Notes: generated by a model not told the origin, from the letters alone. A stretch of 20,000 nt of DNA from an uncultured virus (IMG/VR IMGVR_UViG_3300045996_002278) (IMGVR_UViG_3300045996_002278); one strand, 5' to 3'; shown: positions 7,343 through 15,978, counted from the first letter of the stretch. A program made the numbers and translations.

Positions 7343-7503
7343 TCCGTCGACAGAAGGGCAAGAAGCGGCGCATGCACGGCCTGGGACTCCGCGAAGAGGT
7401 CGAGCGCGTGATGCGCTACCAGCAATTCCTGGACCGCACCGCCAAGGAGCGCGTCGGCCAGATGGTCCGCCTCAGCGTCCCCACCAGCAAGGAGGACAGG
7501 TGA
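7339..7503 (+). CDS. Small basic protein (54 aa, MIRRQKGKKRR...)
   Basis: AGGAGG SD; GTGA overlaps at both ends. Confidence 0.65.
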   Translation: MIRRQKGKKRRMHGLGLREEVERVMRYQQFLDRTAKERVGQMVRLSVPTSKEDR

Positions 7504-7754
7504 AGGTCGAGGTGATGTGGCACTGGCAGGTCTGTCCGGCCTCCGATGACATCTGCCACCTGCTCTACGAGCAGGAAGTGGCCGGCAAGAAGTTCGGTCT
7601 GATGATCAACCACTCGCAGAACGACCAGCTCGTAGTATTCCTGGACGGTGACTTCGGTCTCCTGCTCATTGACGGAGAGATTGTCCAGAACCCCAGCCAG
7701 GTATTCCAACTGGCCGGCCCCGCGCTGGACGCGGTACGTGGAAGGGACGACTGA
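7500..7754 (+). CDS. Hypothetical protein (84 aa)
   Basis: AAGGAGG SD; coupled to neighbours. Confidence 0.75.
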   Translation: MKVEVMWHWQVCPASDDICHLLYEQEVAGKKFGLMINHSQNDQLVVFLDGDFGLLLIDGEIVQNPSQVFQLAGPALDAVRGRDD

Positions 7755-7858
7755 TGCCCCATCCCATAAAGGCGCTGGTATTCGCTCTTCTATACCAGCC
7801 CAAATACGAGTGGTCCGCAGCGCTGGATCACTATCTGGCCATCGTGAAGGAGCGGTAG
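7754..7858 (+). CDS. Hypothetical micro-protein (34 aa, MPHPIKALVF...)
   Basis: TGATG overlap; ends 1 nt before the next ATG. Confidence 0.55.
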   Translation: MPHPIKALVFALLYQPKYEWSAALDHYLAIVKER

Positions 7859-7859
7859 C

Positions 7860-8111
7860 ATGTATCCCAGGTTCACGCACGAGGACATGCACCTGTTCGA
7901 GTCAGACCAGGCGCGCATCGACTACGTGGTCGCCGAGGCGGAGGCCCAGTACAAGCAGTTGACGGCCGACGCCGGACCACACGAGATCGTGATCCCCGAG
8001 GAAGATTTCCTGGAGAACCTCTGGGAGCAGACGTTCACATGGACACAGACGCTCACGCTCCGGGGTGAGCGCATCACCGTCTACTGCCTGGCCTGGATTC
8101 GGGAGGACTGA
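7860..8111 (+). CDS. Hypothetical acidic protein (83 aa)
   Basis: AAGGAG SD; coupled to the next gene. Confidence 0.75.
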   Translation: MYPRFTHEDMHLFESDQARIDYVVAEAEAQYKQLTADAGPHEIVIPEEDFLENLWEQTFTWTQTLTLRGERITVYCLAWIRED

Positions 8112-8332
8112 TGAAGGAGCGCAAGTTCCTGCTCCGCCTGGTGGTGCTCGATGAGGAGATCAAGGAGCACCCCCGCACGGAGGAGCACATGTTCAACCTC
8201 AAGGGGCCGTCCGTGTGGGCGGCCCTGGAGGCCGTTCGCCAGGCCTGGGTGCGCAACCGGGATTACTATGGGATACGCGCCCATGAGGTACTCGAGATGC
8301 ACGTGGAGGAACAGTACGATGGCACTAACTGA
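8111..8332 (+). CDS. Hypothetical protein (73 aa)
   Basis: GGGAGG SD; TGATG overlap. Confidence 0.75.
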   Translation: MKERKFLLRLVVLDEEIKEHPRTEEHMFNLKGPSVWAALEAVRQAWVRNRDYYGIRAHEVLEMHVEEQYDGTN

Positions 8333-8660
8333 CGCGCAGATCAAAAAGCACATCGACTGGCATAAGTACGTCACCACGATGGGGCCACACATCGTCGACG
8401 CGCTGCGCAGGATAGACCCCAGTCTGAGGTGCTGGTGGGAGGAGTTTCAGAACAACATCGTGGTGCAAGTGGCCATCGACAGGGACGCCTGGTTCGGGAT
8501 CGACAGCGACGAGGGCAAGTGGTACGCCAGCGTCCTGGACCACAGGGAGGGCGGCTACACGGGCGGCATCGAGACCGAGGTGCTGGCCTCCGCGCTCGAC
8601 CCGTGGCTGATCGCCCAGGGCATCCACCAGGCGGCGAAGAAGCTGCAGGGGAGGGTCTGA
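8319..8660 (+). CDS. Hypothetical protein (113 aa, MALTDAQIKK...)
   Basis: GGAGG SD before ATG 8319; start trimmed relative to the ORF track. Confidence 0.75.
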   Translation: MALTDAQIKKHIDWHKYVTTMGPHIVDALRRIDPSLRCWWEEFQNNIVVQVAIDRDAWFGIDSDEGKWYASVLDHREGGYTGGIETEVLASALDPWLIAQGIHQAAKKLQGRV

Positions 8661-8854
8661 TGGACCAGCAGGACGACAAGCCAATCACCCTCCAGGAGCT
8701 GGCCGAAGACATCCTGGACGAGGTTAAGCACCTGGAACAGATGAACCGACCGGAGTTCAAGCTGAACACCATCGGACGCATCTACCTGTTCTGGAGCATG
8801 ATGGATCGCCGGCTTAAGGAGATGGATAGACAGATCAGGCAGGAGAACTTCTGA
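8660..8854 (+). CDS. Hypothetical protein (64 aa, MDQQDDKPIT...)
   Basis: TGATG overlap; GGGAGG SD. Confidence 0.7.
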   Translation: MDQQDDKPITLQELAEDILDEVKHLEQMNRPEFKLNTIGRIYLFWSMMDRRLKEMDRQIRQENF

Positions 8855-9021
8855 TGCCGATCTTCCACAAGCCGGCCCGCGTGGTGATCGAAACGGTGAG
8901 CTCCCACCAGGCTGACCGACGCCTCGCGAAGTTCTACGAGGAGCTGCTCCAGCTGTGCATTGACCGGTTTCCCGACGTGCATTTCGAGTACACCGACGAC
9001 CTGAAGAAAGGAGAACAGTAG
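8854..9021 (+). CDS. Hypothetical protein (55 aa, MPIFHKPARV...)
   Basis: TGATG overlap; AGGAG SD. Confidence 0.65.
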   Translation: MPIFHKPARVVIETVSSHQADRRLAKFYEELLQLCIDRFPDVHFEYTDDLKKGEQ

Positions 9022-9024
9022 CCT

Positions 9025-9225
9025 ATGAACCCGAAATTCCCGGAGGTCGAGGTCCAGCTCACGGGCCAGGATGGCAACGCGTTCAACATCATCGGCCGGG
9101 TATCGCGCGCCCTCAAGCAGGCCGGCATGCCGGCCGAGGCGACGGAGTTCACGAACCGAGCGTTCTCCGCGGGGAGCTACGATGAGTTGCTTCAGCTGGC
9201 CATGGAGACCGTAACGGTCCACTAG
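9025..9225 (+). CDS. Conserved small phage protein (66 aa, L.G.DGNAF.I.G.V..AL..AG motif)
   Basis: AAAGGAG SD; motif recognised from other phage hypothetical proteins; function unknown. Confidence 0.8.
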   Translation: MNPKFPEVEVQLTGQDGNAFNIIGRVSRALKQAGMPAEATEFTNRAFSAGSYDELLQLAMETVTVH

Positions 9226-9229
9226 CAGA

Positions 9230-9278
9230 AGCAGGGACCGGGACCGGCCGGCATGCAGCCTCGAGAGCTGCCCCTGCT
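9230..9278 (+). ncRNA. tRNA-like mini-element 7 (divergent)
   Basis: AGCAGGG/CCCTGCT stem; internal CCGG/CCGG hairpin; arm GCAGC-CTCGAGA-GCTGC stacked directly on the 3' stem strand. Confidence 0.55.
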
Positions 9279-9319
9279 TTGTAACAAGTGTTGGACTTCT
9301 GGCCAGCAGATGGTATATT
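9279..9319 (+). promoter_or_regulatory. Repeated phage promoter, copy A
   Basis: TTGTAAC..TGGACT (9292-9297), 16 nt spacer ending GCAGATGG, TATATT (9314-9319); extended -10 TG. Confidence 0.7.
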
Positions 9320-9362
9320 TATACATGGGGAAAGAGACCCCATAAGAACGGAGAGCTGAACT

Positions 9363-9614
9363 ATGAGCGAGATCCCCAGCAGCCGACTCCATGCCTATGT
9401 GCAGGAGTTCGAGCGCCTGTGGCGGTCCCGCACGCCCTCCACCAGTATCTACGACGCCCTTCCTGGAACCCGCGTAACCTTCAGCGATATGAACGACTGG
9501 TACTTCCGCACGTACGGGGAATATCTCTCGGCTACCGCCAGGTTAGAGATCACGCCGGCCCTTAGGCCGGTCTTCAGGAGGCTGCGTAGAGAGTTCCCGC
9601 AGGAGCAGTGGTAA
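9363..9614 (+). CDS. Hypothetical protein (83 aa)
   Basis: ACGGAG SD-like site; first gene after promoter A. Confidence 0.7.
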   Translation: MSEIPSSRLHAYVQEFERLWRSRTPSTSIYDALPGTRVTFSDMNDWYFRTYGEYLSATARLEITPALRPVFRRLRREFPQEQW

Positions 9615-9636
9615 ACCTACAGAACGGAGAACCAAC

Positions 9637-9852
9637 ATGGTCGGCATCTGGATCGGTGACCAGCGTCACCCACAGCTGGCGGAGGACCAGGAACACGCCC
9701 GCATGATCGTGAAGAATCTGGGCCGGAAGGTTCGCAACAAGCTCGTGCGCTTCGTCACGGAGCCGGGCGTGCTTTCCTGGGGTCGCGGGAAGGTACACCG
9801 CGGCGTGATCGGCCCCCGTGGTGGTGTCCAGCACCTCCGCCGGATGGTCTAA
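9637..9852 (+). CDS. Hypothetical basic protein (71 aa)
   Basis: AGAACGGAGAAC leader directly upstream. Confidence 0.75.
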   Translation: MVGIWIGDQRHPQLAEDQEHARMIVKNLGRKVRNKLVRFVTEPGVLSWGRGKVHRGVIGPRGGVQHLRRMV

Positions 9853-9855
9853 CCG

Positions 9856-10044
9856 TTGTTGACCAAGGCCTACCTGGTGAGCTTGAAGAAGCTCACCAGG
9901 GAGCTGGTCTCACTGGCGGCCAGGGTGAGCAAGCTGAAGGGCGAGGAAGCACTGGCCTCCGAGCTGTACGGTATGGCCGACACCCTGGCGGGTGTCGTGG
10001 ACCGCGTTGAGCACCCCGAAAACTACGAGGGAGGGAGCAATTGA
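9856..10044 (+). CDS. Hypothetical protein (62 aa)
   Basis: TTG start; fills the gap and is coupled to the next gene. Confidence 0.6.
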   Translation: MLTKAYLVSLKKLTRELVSLAARVSKLKGEEALASELYGMADTLAGVVDRVEHPENYEGGSN

Positions 10045-10457
10045 GCACTAACAAGCTCGAGATTCCAGTCGATACCCCGGCGCTACAGATCCTTCGTGCC
10101 CTGAACCAGTGGGCCGAAGAGAGCGACTACCGGGAGGTCCGACGGTTGTGGTTCGTGCTCACTGCCCTGCGCGGACCTGATGACGAGCGCGATCAGAAGT
10201 TCGTGAAGTGGGGCTCCACCGCCGCCCTACGGCAGCTGGCCCTATCGGTTATGGCCGAGAAGTCGGGGTCAGACGTGTCGTACGACATCTCGGATCGCCC
10301 AATCCTGGAGCAGCTGAGCCTGATTCGCTCGGGGGCTAACAGCGCGATGAACTGGCACTTCCGGGGGCACATCCGCCAGGCGGCAGACGCCTTCCACGCC
10401 ATGCTGTTCAACGCGGAAGAGGTGGACCTGCCACCCCAGAACGATCCCGGGGAGTAG
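10041..10457 (+). CDS. Hypothetical protein (138 aa)
   Basis: GGAGGGAG SD; TTGA overlap. Confidence 0.75.
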   Translation: MSTNKLEIPVDTPALQILRALNQWAEESDYREVRRLWFVLTALRGPDDERDQKFVKWGSTAALRQLALSVMAEKSGSDVSYDISDRPILEQLSLIRSGANSAMNWHFRGHIRQAADAFHAMLFNAEEVDLPPQNDPGE

Positions 10458-10460
10458 CCC

Positions 10461-10844
10461 GTGGAGCTGCTCGAGCTACTACCCTGGGAGGACGTGCCGG
10501 AGCTGGGGCATGTCCCGGAGGAGGATGAGGCGCTGCTCCTTGAGCACTGGATCAAGACGGTGACCGGGTGGCAGCGGTACCAGCAGGTGCACTACGACAT
10601 GGAAGGGGATTATCCCGAGCTGGACTGGGAGTCCCTGTGGGACGAGGTGTGGCGCTCCACGCGAGAAGGCGGACGTCGCCGCACGTACACGGAACGTATC
10701 ACCGAACCACCGCCCCCGGGTCTGGGCCACTGGTACCTGACCCCGGCGGATGACCTGTTCGGCCTCGAGACGCCCTACTGGTTCCTCGAGACGGGCGACC
10801 ACAAGATGGGGTGCCTGCTACGGCAGGCGCCCAAGGAGGTGTAG
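10461..10844 (+). CDS. Hypothetical acidic Trp-rich protein (127 aa)
   Basis: GGGGAG SD; GTG start. Confidence 0.7.
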   Translation: MELLELLPWEDVPELGHVPEEDEALLLEHWIKTVTGWQRYQQVHYDMEGDYPELDWESLWDEVWRSTREGGRRRTYTERITEPPPPGLGHWYLTPADDLFGLETPYWFLETGDHKMGCLLRQAPKEV

Positions 10845-11084
10845 GTGATAAGATACTCCGACGTGGAAATCCTGGAAGCGCTGAAGAAGGCGTTTCCCGA
10901 GGCGTCCACGTCCAAGCTGATAGAAGAGCAACAGCTCCTGGTGAACGGTGGCTTCGGGACCTACCCGCATGACCGATACATGCTCCTGACGGTAGACGCG
11001 GGCTGGCTTCGCTGGGACGCCATTCAATTCCTGTACCACCTTCAGAACTCGGCGCTACAATCGGATCTAAGGAGCATGCCATGA
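10845..11084 (+). CDS. Hypothetical protein (79 aa)
   Basis: AAGGAGGT SD. Confidence 0.75.
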   Translation: MIRYSDVEILEALKKAFPEASTSKLIEEQQLLVNGGFGTYPHDRYMLLTVDAGWLRWDAIQFLYHLQNSALQSDLRSMP

Positions 11085-11404
11085 AGACCACGCAGGACAA
11101 GGTGCTCAAGCACCTCCAGGTGATGGCGGATCACCGGGACCTGGAGCTGGTCGTGGATTTCAGCTTCTCGAACACCGGCACGATCCGCTTCCAGGAAGGA
11201 TTCAGCACGCTGTGCACGATCGGATTCTCGTTCCAGACGAACTACGCAGATTTCAACCTGATCAAGGGCGGAGGTGGCAGCCGCCTGGACGCCCTGAACC
11301 AGGGCACGAAGCACCTCGTCCAGTATGGCAACGTGCAAGACTGGACGATGCTGTGGGCAGCGATCGAGGCACGCATCGGGCCGGCTAAGGACGAGGAGGA
11401 GTAG
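11081..11404 (+). CDS. Hypothetical protein (107 aa)
   Basis: TAAGGAG SD; ATGA overlap. Confidence 0.8.
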   Translation: MKTTQDKVLKHLQVMADHRDLELVVDFSFSNTGTIRFQEGFSTLCTIGFSFQTNYADFNLIKGGGGSRLDALNQGTKHLVQYGNVQDWTMLWAAIEARIGPAKDEEE

Positions 11405-11407
11405 AAG

Positions 11408-11617
11408 GTGATGGTTAACGTAATCGACGCGATGGCCCGCGTGATCGGCGGCACGGTGATGGCTCTGATCGCTGCCTATCTGGCGTATCGGTTAGGCCGC
11501 TTCATGTTCTTCCTGTGTGTGATCCTCTGGATGCGGTATAAGCTGCGTCGAAACTACCCAAGGCGTCAGCTCCCATCCATGTGGCCATCCTTTCTAAAAG
11601 AAGGATGGAAGCTATGA
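11408..11617 (+). CDS. Small membrane protein (69 aa)
   Basis: GAGGAG SD; long hydrophobic segment followed by a basic tail. Confidence 0.65.
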   Translation: MMVNVIDAMARVIGGTVMALIAAYLAYRLGRFMFFLCVILWMRYKLRRNYPRRQLPSMWPSFLKEGWKL

Positions 11618-11757
11618 AGATCCACCTGATCTGGATGCCGCGCACCGCCCACACGGCCTGTGGGCTGCCGGTCACCCAGGAGCGTCAGGTGACGCTGGAG
11701 CTGGATGACGTTACCTGCAACATCTGTCGGGTACGTGCCGGGCTTCTGCCGAAGTAA
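11614..11757 (+). CDS. Micro-protein with H/C..CxxC putative zinc site (47 aa, MKIHLIW...TACG...CNICR)
   Basis: ATGA overlap; His/Cys pattern. Confidence 0.65.
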   Translation: MKIHLIWMPRTAHTACGLPVTQERQVTLELDDVTCNICRVRAGLLPK

Positions 11758-11760
11758 CGA

Positions 11761-11807
11761 CTCCCGCGGGCGAAGAGCCCCCGCCAGGTTCACGACCTGG
11801 CCGGGAA
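11761..11807 (+). ncRNA. tRNA-like mini-element 8 (divergent)
   Basis: TCCCG/CGGGA stem; internal GGGC-GAAGA-GCCC hairpin; T-arm CCAGG-TTCACGA-CCTGG. Confidence 0.55.
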
Positions 11808-11848
11808 TTGTAACAAGCATTGGACATCTGTCCAGCAGATGGTATATT
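11808..11848 (+). promoter_or_regulatory. Repeated phage promoter, copy B
   Basis: TTGTAACAAG..TGGACA (11821-11826), 16 nt spacer ending CCAGCAGATGG, TATATT (11843-11848); closely similar to copy A. Confidence 0.7.
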
Positions 11849-11911
11849 AGAGCATGGGAGGAGAACCTTCCCATGATGGTGCAGGAGAACGGAGAACAGA
11901 AAGGAGAGCAG

Positions 11912-12250
11912 ATGCAAGATCCCCTGCTATCACTGGAGGTACATCGCGTACCCCAGCTGATTGGCGACCGGGGCGATTTCAGCGTTCCCTACTACTTCGA
12001 GGGCAGTCCCGACACCGGCTTGATGAGGGAGCTGGTCACGCTCTATCATCGGTACCACTACGGGAGCGGGAAGACCATCACGGAGGTCAACTGGGCGGCG
12101 CTCGGGTCGGTGCGGGATGACCGACAGATCGAGCGCTTCCTGGGGGCGCTGCAAGATGCCTTCAAGCTGAAGAAGGCGATCGACAACGGACTGGTGGTGA
12201 TGAACCCCACGTCCGGCAAGCTGATTGGAGCGTACTGGTGGTCACTCTAA
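11912..12250 (+). CDS. Hypothetical protein (112 aa, MQDPLLSLEV...)
   Basis: AAAGGAG SD before ATG 11912. The upstream in-frame extension in the ORF track crosses the promoter. Confidence 0.75.
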   Translation: MQDPLLSLEVHRVPQLIGDRGDFSVPYYFEGSPDTGLMRELVTLYHRYHYGSGKTITEVNWAALGSVRDDRQIERFLGALQDAFKLKKAIDNGLVVMNPTSGKLIGAYWWSL

Positions 12251-12570
12251 TCGGCCGAGCCACCCACATACAACGCGGAACGGAGGGACCGAAGCACGAC
12301 CCCTACGGCTGGACGGAGTACACCATGTGGGTCACCTTCCAGGATGAGCACGGACAGGTGATGAACTGGACGTTCACGCTGCATGAGGGGCTGATCGACT
12401 GGCTCTCAGTCAACCACCGACGCGAACGGGTGCTCAATCCCCGCCGCGCCTGGGAGCTACTCACCCGTGTAGATCTTCCGCGGTTCAACAAGCTGTACGA
12501 GACCCGGCTGCATCCCTGGGAGCCGGACCCCATGACCGAACACTACGGCGGCATGAGGAGCATCGCATGA
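12238..12570 (+). CDS. Hypothetical protein (110 aa)
   Basis: GGAG SD; GTG start; overlap coupling. Confidence 0.7.
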   Translation: MVTLIGRATHIQRGTEGPKHDPYGWTEYTMWVTFQDEHGQVMNWTFTLHEGLIDWLSVNHRRERVLNPRRAWELLTRVDLPRFNKLYETRLHPWEPDPMTEHYGGMRSIA

Positions 12571-12923
12571 TGATGTTCAAGGAACACCCCGACGTCCAGA
12601 TACCCGTGTGGCTGTTGGGCCTGGGCTTCACCGACGAGAGCTGGCACCACGACGCGTGCCCCAAGATGGTCCGCACGCTGCTCTCGTGGAAGGACCGTAC
12701 AGACATCGGCGAGTCCATGCTTCAATCCACCCTGCAGCTGGTGGTGTGGGTGAACTTCGAAGAGAAGGAGCGCCGGGAGGTGCCGGACAAGTGGCAGGTG
12801 TCCCTGGAAATTAACGGGGAAGGCGTCGACTGGATGCCGGCCGGCGTGTATGCTGGGGAGGACGAGACCGTGGCGATTGCCTCGGTGGTGCGGGTGCTCG
12901 ACGGGTTGAGGACGATTCCATGA
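12567..12923 (+). CDS. Hypothetical phage protein (118 aa, GF.D.SWHHDACP motif)
   Basis: GAGGAG SD; ATGA overlap. Confidence 0.8.
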   Translation: MMMFKEHPDVQIPVWLLGLGFTDESWHHDACPKMVRTLLSWKDRTDIGESMLQSTLQLVVWVNFEEKERREVPDKWQVSLEINGEGVDWMPAGVYAGEDETVAIASVVRVLDGLRTIP

Positions 12924-13312
12924 CTCGGTTCAAGCGCCGGCCAGATCTCGAGATACCTCAGTGGGCGGAGGAGCTCGGGTTCCAGGATTTCTCCGAGTGG
13001 GATGTTGACGAGGAGCTGGACCCGGGTGGTTTGCTCATCAAGCAGATCTTCAAGAATGAGGTGCAGGTACTCCACCTTTCGGTGTACTACGAGTCGGCCG
13101 AGCGTTCCGAGCAGATGAAAACCATCATGCCGGATGCCACCCGATTTGGTCTGCACGTCATGGCGCACAGCATCGTTCCAGCCGCAGAATACGTTCACCA
13201 ACTCTACCTCGGGGATAACGAGGAGGAGCTGCTCCAGGCCATACGCAGCACCCTGGAGACGATCGCGATGTACAAGGATGTGCCGCCCCGGTTTGGGAGG
13301 AACGTCCACTAA
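12920..13312 (+). CDS. Hypothetical protein (130 aa)
   Basis: GAGG SD; ATGA overlap. Confidence 0.75.
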   Translation: MTRFKRRPDLEIPQWAEELGFQDFSEWDVDEELDPGGLLIKQIFKNEVQVLHLSVYYESAERSEQMKTIMPDATRFGLHVMAHSIVPAAEYVHQLYLGDNEEELLQAIRSTLETIAMYKDVPPRFGRNVH

Positions 13313-13322
13313 GGAATAGACG

Positions 13323-13388
13323 ATGCGATGGTTGGCCGCGTTCATTAAGCTATGGGCCGACCTGATGCGGGTATTCTTCTTCCCCTAA
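13323..13388 (+). CDS. Amphipathic micro-peptide (21 aa, MRWLAAFIKLWADLMRVFFFP)
   Basis: TAAGGA SD upstream of ATG. Confidence 0.5.
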   Translation: MRWLAAFIKLWADLMRVFFFP

Positions 13389-13397
13389 GGAGGGGAC

Positions 13398-13556
13398 GTG
13401 AGACTTCTCTTAAGCTTGCTCTGCTTCTCAGCGTTAGCGGTGGTGGTAGCCTACACCGCACTGGTGCTACACCGTGGAAGATCGTGGAAGCTCGAGGGAG
13501 AGTACACCGACCAGAAGGGTATCCCGTACGGGACACTCAAGGACCCCCGACCCTAA
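13398..13556 (+). CDS. Single-pass membrane micro-protein (52 aa, MRLLLSLLCFSALAVVVAYTALVL...)
   Basis: TAAGGAGG SD; GTG start; hydrophobic N-terminus. Confidence 0.65.
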   Translation: MRLLLSLLCFSALAVVVAYTALVLHRGRSWKLEGEYTDQKGIPYGTLKDPRP

Positions 13557-13565
13557 GGAGGTGCC

Positions 13566-14366
13566 GTGACCCAGGAGGTCAACGAGAAGCTGCTGGACCG
13601 AATCCGTAAGCTGCACGCCCACGCCGAGTCGGCGAAGAACCTGAAGAACGAGGCGGAGGCGGCGGCATTCGCGGCAAAGGTCCAGGAACTCCTCACACAG
13701 CACAAGCTCGACATGTCCCAGCTGGAGTTTGACCAGCAGGACAAGGACGAGCCGATCGGGCAGACGTACATCGAGACCAGCCCCACGGGCCACAAGAAGT
13801 CCCGGATCGCGTGGCGGGAGCAGCTGGCGAGTGCGGTCGCAAAGGCGCACTACTGCCGCATCCTGGTGATCCCTGGCTCGAGCAAGGTGTTGCTCGTCGG
13901 CCGGCCCGTGGATCGGCAGATCGCCGAGTACATCATCACAACCCTCTCCGGGTTGGCCGAGGTGATGGCCGACGCCGCGTACGTCAAGTACTTCTACGCC
14001 AAGAAGGCGGTTGGTCAGGTGCACGAGGCGCGGGGATACCGGCCGGCCTGGCTGATCGGGTTCGTGAACACGATCCGTCGCCGGTACGCGGAAGAGATGG
14101 TGAAGGCGCAGGCGGCGGCACAGTCCAACGGCATGAGCCTGATCCGGCTGGACCAGGAACAGGCCAAGGTCGAGGCGTACAAGGACCAGATCGGCCGCCC
14201 GGTGCATGGGGTACGTGGCAGCTCGTCCAGCAATCAGGCGGGCTTCCGGCACGGTGCCCAGGCCGGTGAAAAGGTGGACATCCGCCGGACGGGCCTTGGG
14301 GCCGGCAAGCAAGCCACCCACGAGAAGCTGAGCCGGGGGCAGTCGCTCCTGGGCGGTGGCCAGTGA
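13566..14366 (+). CDS. DUF2786 domain-containing protein
   Basis: N-terminal 'KLLDRIRKLHAHAES...EAEAAAFAAKVQELLTQHKL' signature; TAAGGAGGT SD. Confidence 0.8.
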   Translation: MTQEVNEKLLDRIRKLHAHAESAKNLKNEAEAAAFAAKVQELLTQHKLDMSQLEFDQQDKDEPIGQTYIETSPTGHKKSRIAWREQLASAVAKAHYCRILVIPGSSKVLLVGRPVDRQIAEYIITTLSGLAEVMADAAYVKYFYAKKAVGQVHEARGYRPAWLIGFVNTIRRRYAEEMVKAQAAAQSNGMSLIRLDQEQAKVEAYKDQIGRPVHGVRGSSSSNQAGFRHGAQAGEKVDIRRTGLGAGKQATHEKLSRGQSLLGGGQ

Positions 14367-14863
14367 TCCCCCACCGGATGGGAGACCTGTTGAACCCTCG
14401 CGTTCCCCGGTCTATGTACGCCAAGGACCGGGAGCTGGTGTTGGCCCTGGGTTTGAGCCCGATGGACGGCCGACACCGGCACGGCGAATGGTTGAGTCTT
14501 GGGCTGGCCCCCATTCACTGGGGGCCAGACGGGCTCGAGGAGGGGGAGCGAGAGGCCGGCCTGATCGAGATCGAGGTTCAGATGTGGCCGGCGTGTTTCT
14601 TCCGTTTCACCATCACCTGCCACGAGACCGGGCGAGTCACCGTGGTGCAGACAGGCAGCGGTTCCCTCCACGACTACTGGAGATCCGCTGTCATGATCGC
14701 CCAGGGCATGTTCGTGCCGCACAGCACGTCCATACCACAGAAAGGAGAACAGCTTGGCAACACGAGAGAAGACGTTGCACTGGACCCAACGCCCGGAGAA
14801 CAAGGAGCGGGTTCAGCAGATACTGGCCTTGGCGGCAAAGAAGCGCAAGGGACGGAAGGGTAA
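14363..14863 (+). CDS. Hypothetical protein (166 aa)
   Basis: GTGA overlap; the C-terminal tail overlaps the next gene. Confidence 0.65.
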   Translation: MIPHRMGDLLNPRVPRSMYAKDRELVLALGLSPMDGRHRHGEWLSLGLAPIHWGPDGLEEGEREAGLIEIEVQMWPACFFRFTITCHETGRVTVVQTGSGSLHDYWRSAVMIAQGMFVPHSTSIPQKGEQLGNTREDVALDPTPGEQGAGSADTGLGGKEAQGTEG

Positions 14864-15143
14864 GGAGCCCCGTCCCAAGGCCAGCTCGACGCGGGGCAGC
14901 CGAAAGACCCGCCTGGCCAACGCCCTGAAGGTGAACACCGACATGCGCCAGGAAAGGCGCGCCGAGGAGACGCATGAGGGCAACAGCTCGGAGGACCAAG
15001 CAGTCATCTTCGCCACCGGCCACGTCCACGGCTTCCTCGACGCCTTCGCGAGCCGCCATGGCCTCGTTAGCGCGAACCTTAGCCGCCGGGTGGGAGAACT
15101 TCTTCAAGCCGGTGCGGGCGGGAAGGTACGCGGGAATTCCTAA
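14754..15143 (+). CDS. Basic, possibly nucleic-acid-binding protein (129 aa)
   Basis: AAAGGAG SD before TTG; Lys/Arg-rich segment. Confidence 0.7.
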   Translation: MATREKTLHWTQRPENKERVQQILALAAKKRKGRKGKEPRPKASSTRGSRKTRLANALKVNTDMRQERRAEETHEGNSSEDQAVIFATGHVHGFLDAFASRHGLVSANLSRRVGELLQAGAGGKVRGNS

Positions 15144-15264
15144 CGACTGCCCCATCTGCGGGGAACACCCGCCCCACGAGCTGCGGTACAGCTACCAGCG
15201 TCGGCGGTGGCAGGTGACACACCTGATGGTGGCCCACAAGGTCCACCTGAGAAGGGAGAAGTAG
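15112..15264 (+). CDS. C2H2-like zinc-finger micro-protein (CPICGE...HLMVAH); start uncertain
   Basis: CxxC...HxxxxH pattern; stop abuts the next ATG. Confidence 0.55.
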   Translation: MRAGRYAGIPNDCPICGEHPPHELRYSYQRRRWQVTHLMVAHKVHLRREK

Positions 15265-15978
15265 ATGGACTCGCTAGCGATTCCGCCAGACTGGCAGAAG
15301 CGCGCCCTTCCGGTCCTCGTGTCCATGATTGAACGGAACGAGCCGGAGGACGTCGTGCGCTGGGTGGCGGAATCCCTGGCGTCCCGCGCTGGGGCGCCAC
15401 GGGAAGACGTGGATAAGATCATCGAGCAGGCGACCGATCAGGTCATGAACTACTCCGACATCAGGCTGGAGCGAAAGAAGGAGGTCGCGGAAAGCATCGC
15501 CCAGACCACCCCGAAGGAGGAGCCGCTCCGGCTCCGGGATGTTCGGAAGGGCAGCCTGTTCGTGTACCAGGGCACCACCTACAAGAAGATCAGCCTCAAC
15601 ACGGGGAAGCCTCGGTACGGCAACGAGATCACGATCCCCAGCGACACGGTGGTCTCGAAGCCGATCAAGCCGCCCAGCCGCCAGGATCGCTGGAACACCG
15701 CGTGCCAGGAGGCGCGGGACGCCCTGGATTCCTGGCGTGACTCGGTGGACCAGGTGAACAACGCGTTCGAAACCCTGCGGGAGATCCAGTCGGAGTTCTC
15801 GGACTGGAAAGATAACCTGGACGGGAAGTTCGAGGGCTCCGCGCTATCGGAGAAGCTCGAGAACATCACCTCGATTGACCTCGACGCCGACGCCGAGCAG
15901 GAGTCCTTGGGCGACCTGGAATCGAAGCTGGACGAGGCTGAGGGTGCTGAGCTGCCCCTCGGGTTCGGGAGGGACTGA
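15265..15978 (+). CDS. Hypothetical protein (237 aa) with acidic helical C-terminus ending PLGFGRD
   Basis: AAGGGAG SD; long ORF coupled to neighbours. Confidence 0.8.
   Translation: MDSLAIPPDWQKRALPVLVSMIERNEPEDVVRWVAESLASRAGAPREDVDKIIEQATDQVMNYSDIRLERKKEVAESIAQTTPKEEPLRLRDVRKGSLFVYQGTTYKKISLNTGKPRYGNEITIPSDTVVSKPIKPPSRQDRWNTACQEARDALDSWRDSVDQVNNAFETLREIQSEFSDWKDNLDGKFEGSALSEKLENITSIDLDADAEQESLGDLESKLDEAEGAELPLGFGRD

Noticed and set aside
4341..9225. Stop-codon reassignment as the cause of the many short ORFs
   Set aside because: TAA, TAG and TGA all end genes that are followed by new SD and start sites or by structured spacers, and long genes are intact in the standard code.
13467..14321. 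284-aa minus-strand ORF (likewise 15579..16385 -, 4227..4910 -, 803..1654 +)
   Set aside because: Antisense to well-supported genes, with no recognisable motifs or convincing SD sites.
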